Below are positions 19,504 through 27,655 of a stretch of DNA of 64,000 bases, in pieces; positions within the stretch are counted from its first letter, which is position 1, and each line of letters starts with the position of its first letter. Source of the DNA: a bacterium (GTDB lineage Bacteria > Patescibacteriota > Patescibacteriia > UBA1558 > UBA10009); contig JABHGM010000001.1 of NCBI GenBank assembly GCA_018672055.1, forward strand, positions 672,977-736,976. Reading direction: 5' to 3'. Made by a program: the position numbers and the translations under genes. Under the pieces are notes generated by a model. That model worked only from the letters and a program-made list of their open reading frames with translations. It ran no database searches and was not told where the DNA came from.

Positions 19504-20852
19504 TCTTGTTCAATTAATTCAATTTTAACAGGCATTACACCACCTCTTACATTACCAATCAAGCCATAAGCTACCTTATCTAAATCAATTATACGCTTTG
19601 TCCATAGTTCAGGACCATAATCATTAACCGTAATTATAACAGATTTGCCTCTATTTGAGCTATCACTCTGATTTGTTACTTTTATCTTACTACCTTTAGG
19701 AAAGTCACGTGAAGCGGCAAAATTACCACCTTTCCAGGCATACCAGCTAGCTTCACCTACCCAAGTATCAGTACTCTCAAATAATGCAATTGTTAATTCA
19801 GTAAGATTTGTTTCACCAGTTACAATATTAGTTTCATGATTATCAACAGATTGTAAGTAGTGCCACTCATTATTATCTAAATAATATACACTCTTAGCAA
19901 AATTATTATCTGATATATAACTTAATTTAAGTTCAATGAATGAACTTTTAGTTTTTTCTGAATCACAATAAATTTCATTAATTTTTTTAATGGTTGTTCT
20001 GTATACATTACCAGTACCTTCAGTTAAGTCCCAGGGATCTAAAATTTGAGATGCATACTTTAGTTGAAATGAATTAATTGCTTTAATTGTGTATGAATCA
20101 AATTCACCATCAGCTATTAATTTATGATTCTCATAATCTATTAAAAACTTTTGTAATTTTACCACATCATTAAAATCTTTTTTTACTTCATCAATATAAT
20201 TTTCTAAATATGGTTCACAGATGAATGGTACATTTGAATCACTTAAAGTTTCACTTATATTTATATCACTACTTAATTCAATGTTATATATTGGAGAAAC
20301 TCTTTTTAAAGAATTTTCTATTAATTCATTTGTAATTAATATATTAGTTGTAACTTTAGTCCCATCTATTACTTTAGGTAAAATTAATTCAAACTGACCA
20401 TCATTAAATACAATATTTTGTCCAGTACTTTCTAATTTTTCAACATCTAATAATTTAACTTTACCTTTTCTATTACTAAGTATTGCTTTAATTAAATTAT
20501 TATCGTAATCATAAATCACAGGAACTGATATCCAAGTTTTTAAACTAGTATTCCATTCATAGATTTGTTTTGTTTCATTTAAATCAGCTACAAAAGCTAT
20601 ATTAAATTTTGATTCATCATTAATTTCAGGTGAGATAAAATAGTACTTGTAATAATCATTTGATTTATAAATATGTACTTTTAATGATTCGTATTGATCT
20701 TGATCAATTAGTAATTTAAAATTGTTATCACTTGAACTAACAATTTGCTTTGCATTTAAATCATCAGAATTAAAATTACGGCTAATTGCTTTAGCCGAGT
20801 TAAATGGTATTATTAGTAATGTTAAAATGAATAATAATTTAATTAGTTGCAT
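19500..20852 (-). CDS. Secreted RlpA-like (double-psi beta-barrel) lytic transglycosylase-family protein with a peptidoglycan-binding domain
   Basis: Signal peptide, then a central PG_binding_1-like segment (...TIKAINSFQLKYASQIL...G...Y). The C-terminal DPBB/RlpA signature is GEASWYAWKGGNFAASRDFPKGSKIKVTN...SVIITVNDYGP. The stop overlaps the ftsE start by 4 nt. Confidence 0.7.
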   Translation of the reverse strand: MQLIKLLFILTLLIIPFNSAKAISRNFNSDDLNAKQIVSSSDNNFKLLIDQDQYESLKVHIYKSNDYYKYYFISPEINDESKFNIAFVADLNETKQIYEWNTSLKTWISVPVIYDYDNNLIKAILSNRKGKVKLLDVEKLESTGQNIVFNDGQFELILPKVIDGTKVTTNILITNELIENSLKRVSPIYNIELSSDINISETLSDSNVPFICEPYLENYIDEVKKDFNDVVKLQKFLIDYENHKLIADGEFDSYTIKAINSFQLKYASQILDPWDLTEGTGNVYRTTIKKINEIYCDSEKTKSSFIELKLSYISDNNFAKSVYYLDNNEWHYLQSVDNHETNIVTGETNLTELTIALFESTDTWVGEASWYAWKGGNFAASRDFPKGSKIKVTNQSDSSNRGKSVIITVNDYGPELWTKRIIDLDKVAYGLIGNVRGGVMPVKIELIEQE

Positions 20853-20874
20853 CTTTATTTATTTTTATTATAAT
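20847..20874 (+). promoter_or_regulatory. Candidate promoter for tRNA-Thr
   Basis: TTGCAT (20847-20852), 16-nt spacer, TATAAT (20869-20874), 11 nt before the tRNA 5' end. The -35 overlaps the start codon of the divergent RlpA-like gene. Confidence 0.35.
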
Positions 20875-20885
20875 TAGTTATACTT

Positions 20886-20963
20886 GCCAACGTAGCTCAG
20901 TTAGGCTAGAGCAATCCCTTCGTAAGGGAAAGGTCGTCGGTTCGATTCCGACCGTTGGCTCCA
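20886..20963 (+). tRNA. tRNA-Thr (anticodon CGU)
   Basis: Cloverleaf: acceptor GCCAACG/CGTTGGC, D-arm GCTC...GAGC, anticodon loop TTCGTAA (CGT), T-arm GTCGG-TTCGATT-CCGAC, discriminator T and encoded CCA. It is closely similar to E. coli tRNA-Thr(CGU). Confidence 0.8.
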
Positions 20964-22091
20964 CTAAATTCTTAATAATGTCACAATAGTAGCTTGTTGA
21001 ATCTGATCTTCTAAATATTCAATAAATGATGGTCTTTTTATAAATATATGACTAGCTTGATACAATGGTTCGTTTTCTTCGACCATTTTTTCATTTAATC
21101 TAATTATATGAAAACCATACCTTGTTTCAATTACTTCACTTATCTCACCTTCTCTTAGTTTTAATAATACAATCTCAAATTCAGGTACAGTTTCACCAAG
21201 TTTTATCCAGCCTAAATCACCAGATATTAATTTTGAGCTGTCCTGATTTATTTCAGAGGCTATCTCTTCAAATTGTGATTCATCTTCAATAACTACATCA
21301 TAAAAACCACTCATCTGACTTCTTATTTGATTTACACCATGTGATATATAAAAGTTTTCTTCTAACTTTTGAGCTAGTAATATAGGCCTTACTACTTTTT
21401 TAATATATGTTTTATAATTCCAACCATATAATTCTTCAGTAATATCACCAACTTCTTCATTTAAATTAGTTACACCTAATATTTCAATTAATTCCTCATC
21501 AATTTCTTCTTGTGTTAAATTTAGTTCTTTTTCATTAGCTAATTGTTCAATTACTTTTAATTCAATTATTTTTTCATATATTTGATTTCTAATTGACTCT
21601 TTATTGTAGTCTAAATTCTGTCGTGCAAAGTATTCAGTTAATATTTCTGAATCACTTAAAAAGTCATGAATACCTACAGATTCACCGTTAATATAAAAAG
21701 CAGGTAAGGGAATGTATCTACTTATTTGAGTTATAACAGGACTTTGCCATCTTCCTAGATATATACCTGCTAAAGTAATGCTAATTGATATTAAAATAAA
21801 AATGATTAAAGAACTGATAATAATTTTAAATTGCATCTTTGAATCAACTTTAATCATTTTCACAATACTCTTTTTATTTAAGTTGGATTTCTTTGATTTC
21901 TTTTTAATTATTGGCATCCGAGGAAGTAAAGGTTTATCTTTAATATTTTTAGCAGCTTTTTTCAAATTAGTTCCAATTTCTGACAAAATTACTTGACGCG
22001 CTTTATCAACATCAATATTATCAACATTTTCAGATCCTTCAGCAACTGCATCTTGAGTAATACTGTTTTCAATTTTTTTTTCATCTGCCAT
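20964..22091 (-). CDS. Membrane-anchored PpiC-type peptidyl-prolyl cis-trans isomerase (PrsA/SurA-like)
   Basis: N-terminal TM helix; C-terminal parvulin domain (...SGDLGWIKLGETVPEFEIVLLKLREGEISEVIETRYGFHIIRL...). Confidence 0.7.
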   Translation of the reverse strand: MADEKKIENSITQDAVAEGSENVDNIDVDKARQVILSEIGTNLKKAAKNIKDKPLLPRMPIIKKKSKKSNLNKKSIVKMIKVDSKMQFKIIISSLIIFILISISITLAGIYLGRWQSPVITQISRYIPLPAFYINGESVGIHDFLSDSEILTEYFARQNLDYNKESIRNQIYEKIIELKVIEQLANEKELNLTQEEIDEELIEILGVTNLNEEVGDITEELYGWNYKTYIKKVVRPILLAQKLEENFYISHGVNQIRSQMSGFYDVVIEDESQFEEIASEINQDSSKLISGDLGWIKLGETVPEFEIVLLKLREGEISEVIETRYGFHIIRLNEKMVEENEPLYQASHIFIKRPSFIEYLEDQIQQATIVTLLRI

Positions 22092-22092
22092 A

Positions 22093-22503
22093 TTAATTTA
22101 TATTAAAAAAGTAGTTCCACCACTTTTGAGGATTAGTTAAATGAATAATATTAGCTGAAGTTAATACAGCGCTATCAAAAAATGATTCATTATCCTCTGT
22201 TAACTCATCTTCAGTTATAACAATTATCTTTTCCCCAGGTTTTCTTAAATTTAGCTTAGTTCTAGCTTCTTTTTCAACAAAATCTAATGTTTCAAAATAA
22301 CCTATTAAAGATGATAATTCTTGATTCTTATTTTCCAACTTACTAATCTCTTCATCCAATGCTTTAATATCACTTTGTAACTCTCGCCTGTTAATAACTT
22401 CATTAATTAGATTAAATGAAAAAAAAACTAAAATTAATAAACTTACGAATAATAAGCTCTTTGAATTGAATAATTGTTTACCAATATTACTATTTCTAAC
22501 CAT
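22093..22503 (-). CDS. Septum formation initiator family protein (FtsB/DivIC/FtsL-like)
   Basis: 136 aa with an N-terminal TM followed by a coiled-coil (LQSDIKALDEEISKLENKNQELSSLIGY) and a beta-rich tail, which is the FtsB/DivIC architecture. Confidence 0.55.
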   Translation of the reverse strand: MVRNSNIGKQLFNSKSLLFVSLLILVFFSFNLINEVINRRELQSDIKALDEEISKLENKNQELSSLIGYFETLDFVEKEARTKLNLRKPGEKIIVITEDELTEDNESFFDSAVLTSANIIHLTNPQKWWNYFFNIN

Positions 22504-22692
22504 ATATTATGGGTAAATTATAACATAAATAAAGGCTATCAGCAAAAATATACATATTCTTAAATATCTGCTAAAATATATACTATGTTAAGAAGAAAAA
22601 CAGTAAAAATTATTTGGATAATCCTGAGTATATTTATCATTTGTTCAATGGTATTCTTTACTCTTGGCTCATTATTCTACTAGATAGTTAAA

Positions 22693-22730
22693 TAAAAAAA
22701 TCCCTGTCATTTAAAACAACGGGGATTTTA
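22693..22730. terminator. Bidirectional terminator downstream of the 214-aa gene
   Basis: aaaaatccc-(loop)-gggattttt hairpin with flanking A/T runs. Confidence 0.5.
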
Positions 22731-22745
22731 TAATTGACAAAAGGA

Positions 22746-23390
22746 TTATTCACATTCAAAAAATTTGAAAATAGTTTCTATTTCATACTTTCCTTTTCCC
22801 AATGAATATGGATAGATATCTTTTAAGATATTAACTCCAGAGCTTTCAGTTACAGTGTCATCATTAAATCTTAAAAATTCACTAAAACTTCCTAGTTGTG
22901 CGTTAGTCCAACCTACTAAAGCTATCTTTAATTTGTTCACGTGTATTTTTGAATAACAAATTGATTCAAAAAACTTACAGCAAGTTTTTAATTGACCTGG
23001 AAATATTATAATACCATTTGCAATATCTAAAATGTCACTGAATGAATTTAAGCCAGACCTAAATGATCCATTACCGATCATCATATTTCCAACATTGAAA
23101 TTCTGATCTCGTGTTAGATCTCTATTAATTTGACTTAGTCTACACTCAATCTTTGGATATTCATTTCTATTTAATAAAGATTGTAACGATTTAATAATCA
23201 ACTCTGATTCTCCATCAATTACTATCTTTACTTCTCTTTTTAACAATCCATCACAGATTAGCTGTATATGACATTTTTTGGTACTTTCATCTTTTGATGA
23301 ACCCTTTAATCTTACTGGATTGCCTAATAATCCGATTATCTTATCCACAGTATTTTCCTCCTTGTTAAAGATCCTTTTAAACTTTAACAA
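22746..23390 (-). CDS. Hypothetical cytoplasmic protein (214 aa), no recognisable family
   Basis: Intact ORF with a plausible start; Cys- and Gly/Asn-rich central region. Located between lepA and the ftsB-like gene. Confidence 0.4.
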   Translation of the reverse strand: MLKFKRIFNKEENTVDKIIGLLGNPVRLKGSSKDESTKKCHIQLICDGLLKREVKIVIDGESELIIKSLQSLLNRNEYPKIECRLSQINRDLTRDQNFNVGNMMIGNGSFRSGLNSFSDILDIANGIIIFPGQLKTCCKFFESICYSKIHVNKLKIALVGWTNAQLGSFSEFLRFNDDTVTESSGVNILKDIYPYSLGKGKYEIETIFKFFECE

Positions 23391-23425
23391 TTAAGTAAGT
23401 TGCTGTCAAAAAAGATGAGTTATAC

Positions 23426-25195
23426 TCATCTTTTTAAAACTGCCATGAATGCTTCTTGTGGTATATCTACTTTACCAGACTGCATCATTTTCTTCTTACC
23501 TTTCTTTTGTTTTTCAAGTAATTTTCTCTTTCTCGTTACATCACCACCATATAACTTAGATGTAACATCTTTTCTTAGAGCTGAGAGTCGTTCAGCTGCA
23601 ACTATCTTACCACCCAAGGCTGCTTGTATTTTAACTACGAATTGTTGTTTAGGTAATACTTCTTTTAATGACTTAACGATTTTTTTACCTACAATATGTG
23701 ATTCATCTCTATATACAATTATTGAAAGAGATTCAACCATTTCTTCAGCTACTAAAATGTCCATTCTAACAACATCGGCCACCCTATAATCTAAAAGCTC
23801 ATAATTTAATGAAGCATAACCTGATGAAATACTTTTTAAGTTATCATAGAAATCAACTAAAATTGCAGATAGTGGAATAATATAATGTAAAATTACTCTA
23901 TTTTCATCTATATATTCTGTATTTTGATACTCACCTCTTTTTTCTTGAACCATTTTCATTATATTACCCATATAATCTTTAGGAGTAATAACATCAATTG
24001 TAACGTATGGTTCTTTAATTTCAGTAATAAAGTTTGGATCTGAGAGCTCATGTGGATTATGAATAACAATATCTTTACCATTTGATGTTTTTACTTGATA
24101 AGCAACTGAAGGTGTAGTAATTACTAAATCTAAATTATATTCTCTACTTAATCTTTCTTGAAATATTTCTAAATGTAGAAGTCCTAAAAACCCGCATCTA
24201 AAACCAAAGCCTAGAGCTGAAGAATTTTCTGGCTCATAGAATAAAGCAGAATCATTTAGTTTTAATTTATTGATAGCTTCACGTAATTTCTGATAATCAT
24301 CACCCTCTTTACAAAAAACACCAGCATAAACCATTGGTTTTACTTCTTTGTAACCTGGTAATGGTTTGCCAGAATTTTTAGCTAAAGTTATAGTATCACC
24401 AACACGTACATTAGATAATTCTTTCAAACCAGTAACAATGTATCCAATTTCACCAGCTACTAAACTTTTTGCCTTAACATATTTTGGTTTAAAATGACCT
24501 ACTTCTAATACTTCGGAAGTAGTATTAGTTGCTATGTATTCAATTTTATCCCCTATTTTAATAGTTCCATTTATAACCCTAACATCAGCAACTACACCTC
24601 TATACTCATCAAAAGATGAATCAAATATTAAGGCTTGTACATTCTCATCAGAATCTCCTTTAGGTTTAGGAGTTTTTTTAATTATTTCTTTTAAAACACT
24701 TTCTACATTAGCTCCTGTTTTAGCACTAACCTCAATTATATCTTCTTCCTTACAACCAACTAAATTAATAATCTCTTGTTTAACTTTTTTAGCATTAGCA
24801 GCAGGTAAATCAATTTTATTTACTACAGGTATAATTTCTAAATTTTGTTCAATGGCTAAGTATAGATTAGCTACAGTTTGTGCTTCTATGCCTTGTGTAG
24901 CATCAACTAAAAGCAAAGCTGATTCAACAGCAGCTAAAGAACGTGATACTTCATAAGTAAAATCAACATGACCTGGAGTATCAATTAAGTTTAAAATATA
25001 TCCTTCATATTCCATTCTAACTGGTTGAAGTTTTATAGTAATACCTCTTTCTCTTTCAATATCCATAGTATCCAATAACTGATCTTGCATTTTTCTAGAT
25101 TCAACAGTTTTAGTTAATTCTAAAAATCGATCAGCTAAAGTTGACTTGCCATGATCGATATGAGCTATTATACAAAAATTTCTTATCTTATCCAT
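23426..25195 (-). CDS. lepA: Elongation factor 4 (LepA)
   Basis: NFCIIAHIDHGKSTLADR G1 motif, DTPGHVDF, NKIDL, and LepA-specific C-terminal domain; 589 aa. Confidence 0.9.
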   Translation of the reverse strand: MDKIRNFCIIAHIDHGKSTLADRFLELTKTVESRKMQDQLLDTMDIERERGITIKLQPVRMEYEGYILNLIDTPGHVDFTYEVSRSLAAVESALLLVDATQGIEAQTVANLYLAIEQNLEIIPVVNKIDLPAANAKKVKQEIINLVGCKEEDIIEVSAKTGANVESVLKEIIKKTPKPKGDSDENVQALIFDSSFDEYRGVVADVRVINGTIKIGDKIEYIATNTTSEVLEVGHFKPKYVKAKSLVAGEIGYIVTGLKELSNVRVGDTITLAKNSGKPLPGYKEVKPMVYAGVFCKEGDDYQKLREAINKLKLNDSALFYEPENSSALGFGFRCGFLGLLHLEIFQERLSREYNLDLVITTPSVAYQVKTSNGKDIVIHNPHELSDPNFITEIKEPYVTIDVITPKDYMGNIMKMVQEKRGEYQNTEYIDENRVILHYIIPLSAILVDFYDNLKSISSGYASLNYELLDYRVADVVRMDILVAEEMVESLSIIVYRDESHIVGKKIVKSLKEVLPKQQFVVKIQAALGGKIVAAERLSALRKDVTSKLYGGDVTRKRKLLEKQKKGKKKMMQSGKVDIPQEAFMAVLKR

Positions 25196-25196
25196 A

Positions 25197-26777
25197 CTAT
25201 TTTTTAACTAATGGTTTTAAATATTTCATCATAAATCTCTTTACTATTACAACTTCTTCACATGAAGTAATTACACTAAGTATTATATATATAATAATAC
25301 CTGCTAAACCAGCAACTAAACCTTGAGTAAATACACCAATAAAGGTTCTCATATTAACTAAATCTGCCATTATTTGCAAGCAACCATACACTACAGTACC
25401 AGCAAGTACAGAATTTATAGAAGTTAATACTAAAGAATTAACTATTTTCTTATCATCTAAATTACCCATTCTAAAACGTAAAACAAAGAGTAGTCCTAAC
25501 ATATTAACAATAGCAGCAAAAGAAAAGGCCATAGCTAAACCTTCTACACCATATAATTTGCCTAAATAGAGAGAACCAACAATATTTAGAGTTATTGCCC
25601 CAAGTCCAATATAAACAGGTGTCTTAGTGTCTTCTAAGGCGTAAAAAGACCTAGCTAACATTGGAATCAAACTCTGAGCAAATAATGAGACAACAAACCA
25701 ACCTAAAGTTTGTGCTGTGTAATAGGTATCAGACCAATCAAAATTACCAAAACCAAGAATAACTCTAACAATTTGAGCACGAAGCAGAAGCATAAATACA
25801 GAAATTGGAATTATGAGAAATAGTAAACGTCTTAAATTAAGAGAAAAAGTTCTTTTAAAATCTGATTTATCATTACGAGCTAAGCTTTCTGTAAATGCAG
25901 GAAATACTGCAATAGCCAGTGATACACCAAATATAGAAGTTGGTAGGCTTTGTAAATTATTTGCTAAATTAAATACAGCAATTGAACCAACAGCTAAGGT
26001 AGAAGCAATACCAGTTATAACTAACTGATTAACTTGAGAAGCAGCTAGACCAATTGTTCTTGGAATCATTAATTTAAAAACACGTTTTACACTACCAGTT
26101 ATTTTCCAATTAAAACTATATCTATAGCCTACTTTTAGAACTTCAGGTATTTGTACAAGTAAATGTAAAACAGAACCAAAGACTACACCCCAAGCTAGAC
26201 CTTCAATACCCCAAATTGAATGAAAAAATGTTATACCTACAATAATACCTAAGTTATAGAAAACAGGTGCTAAAGAAAAAGTAAAAAACCTTTTTAATGA
26301 ATTTAAAATACCCCCTATTACATTAGATATAGTAAAAAATATAATACTAAGTAACATTATTCTAGATAAAGTAATAGTTTGCATTAATACTTCACCAGAA
26401 AAACCAGGTGTAATAATAGATACTAATTTAGGAGCAAAAATATACATTACTAAACTAATTAGTAATATAAAGACAACTAAGTAATTTAATAAAGTATTAG
26501 CTAGTAAAAAAGCTTGCTTCTTATTTCTAAACCAAGATCTAGTAAACACAGGAATAAATGCGGCAGCTAAAGCCCCGAGAACTAATGTATTAAAAACTAA
26601 ATCAGGTAATTTAAAAGCAGCATAGTAACTATCTAACATGCTGCCAGCACCAAAATATGAGGCAAGTAACCTATCCCTTACTAAACCAAGTATTTTACTT
26701 ATTATAGTAAAGAAAGTAATTAAGACTGCACCACCAGTAACAGTAGTACCCAATTTTTTCCAAATTATAGATAACAT
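25197..26777 (-). CDS. murJ: Lipid II flippase MurJ (MviN)
   Basis: 526 aa with 14 TM helices and the conserved MurJ N-terminus (...ILGLVRDRLLASYFGAGSMLDSYYAAFKLPD...). Confidence 0.85.
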   Translation of the reverse strand: MLSIIWKKLGTTVTGGAVLITFFTIISKILGLVRDRLLASYFGAGSMLDSYYAAFKLPDLVFNTLVLGALAAAFIPVFTRSWFRNKKQAFLLANTLLNYLVVFILLISLVMYIFAPKLVSIITPGFSGEVLMQTITLSRIMLLSIIFFTISNVIGGILNSLKRFFTFSLAPVFYNLGIIVGITFFHSIWGIEGLAWGVVFGSVLHLLVQIPEVLKVGYRYSFNWKITGSVKRVFKLMIPRTIGLAASQVNQLVITGIASTLAVGSIAVFNLANNLQSLPTSIFGVSLAIAVFPAFTESLARNDKSDFKRTFSLNLRRLLFLIIPISVFMLLLRAQIVRVILGFGNFDWSDTYYTAQTLGWFVVSLFAQSLIPMLARSFYALEDTKTPVYIGLGAITLNIVGSLYLGKLYGVEGLAMAFSFAAIVNMLGLLFVLRFRMGNLDDKKIVNSLVLTSINSVLAGTVVYGCLQIMADLVNMRTFIGVFTQGLVAGLAGIIIYIILSVITSCEEVVIVKRFMMKYLKPLVKK

Positions 26778-26823
26778 ATATAGGTATTAATAAACCTCAA
26801 TTTGCATGAGGTATAACTGATAT

Positions 26824-26832
26824 ATTATAGCA
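26824..26832 (-). promoter_or_regulatory. Candidate extended -10 promoter (TGcTATAAT) for murJ-lepA
   Basis: Minus-strand TGCTATAAT about 45 nt upstream of the murJ ATG; weak -35. Confidence 0.3.
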
Positions 26833-26864
26833 AAAAAATCGAATTTAATAAAACAAAAAGCTGC

Positions 26865-26959
26865 GCTATTAGTTAAACATTTTAAAATAATTTTAAGGAG
26901 AGAGATTTCCGTATAAATACGGATAAAATTATTTTAAAATACTAAAGGCGCAGCTTTTT
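26865..26959. repeat. Long imperfect inverted repeat / compound hairpin (~95 nt) with flanking A/T runs
   Basis: Outer stem aaaaagctgcgc/gcgcagcttttt (12 bp), middle stem ttttaaaataatttta (16 bp), inner stem tccgta-taaa-tacgga. There is an asymmetric 12-nt bulge aggagagagatt. T-run on plus and A-run/T-run on minus. Confidence 0.6.
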
Positions 26960-27555
26960 ATCTACAACTAAATTAATGGAGGGTGAATCCCGCTTTGAAA
27001 CGGGCAGAATGATATTTTAGCAAGTTCTTAGTAAAGAAAGAGATCTCACCAAGAAAAGAATGCTAATTTATTAAACTGTTGACAAGCTTTTTAAACAAAT
27101 TAATAAGCTCTCCCCCTCCAATAACTTAGTTGTAAATAACACCGCAAAATATACTAATTTTTAAATATACTTTGATAGTGTGCCAAGGATAAGAAATTAA
27201 AATTTATTTTTATATAAATTATTTCAAATCCTTGGCAATTACTACTTTATCCGTTCTTTTGGGAATATACTATATTTACTTCTAAAATATTTGATCAAGT
27301 TTAATATGTATTCCCCCGGATATTCAACGTTTAGTTGAATTGTGAAATGCAATTAGATTGCATATGGTTGTTTTATCAATAAGTTACTCATAATATTATT
27401 AAACTGGAATATTAGTAGTTACTTTTGATTTTTAAGTTGCCTTATCTTATGATATATCTCCAGGCAAATCTCTCCTTTTTAAGATTGTTTTGGTTTTTAT
27501 TTCCGGCACTTCAGCATCTTGCAGTTTAGATAGTTTTCTAACTCTTAGCAAGAAT

Positions 27556-27590
27556 CAATCATAATAGCACATATATGTATAAATGTCAAG
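27556..27590 (-). promoter_or_regulatory. Strong candidate sigma70 promoter firing into the non-coding block (minus strand)
   Basis: Minus strand reads TTGACA-tttatacatatatgtgc(17)-TATTAT (plus coords ~27585-27590 for the -35). No ORF >12 codons follows. Confidence 0.45.
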
Positions 27591-27610
27591 GATATGGGTT
27601 AAAATGTATT

Positions 27611-27633
27611 AAAAAAAGGCTAATGTTAGCCTT
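27611..27633 (-). terminator. Rho-independent terminator of the 888-aa gene
   Basis: aggcta-atgt-tagcct hairpin; A7 on plus is a U-run on the minus transcript. Confidence 0.6.
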
Positions 27634-27655
27634 AAATAAGATATTATAAAATATT

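Noticed and set aside
22746-23390. Considered MinC/bactofilin-like identity for the 214-aa protein because of a G/N-rich beta-like middle.
   Set aside because: No convincing repeat periodicity or conserved MinC C-terminal motifs were found. It is left as hypothetical.
26778-27655. Tried to identify the non-coding block as tmRNA, RNase P RNA, SRP RNA or 6S RNA.
   Set aside because: I could not find the hallmark motifs on either strand: GGAAAGUCCGGGCUCC/ACAGAA-CCGGCUUA for RNase P, a tRNA-like 3' end with CCA for tmRNA, or GGAAGGAAGCAGC for SRP. This is left as an unclassified candidate ncRNA or leader rather than a named RNA.
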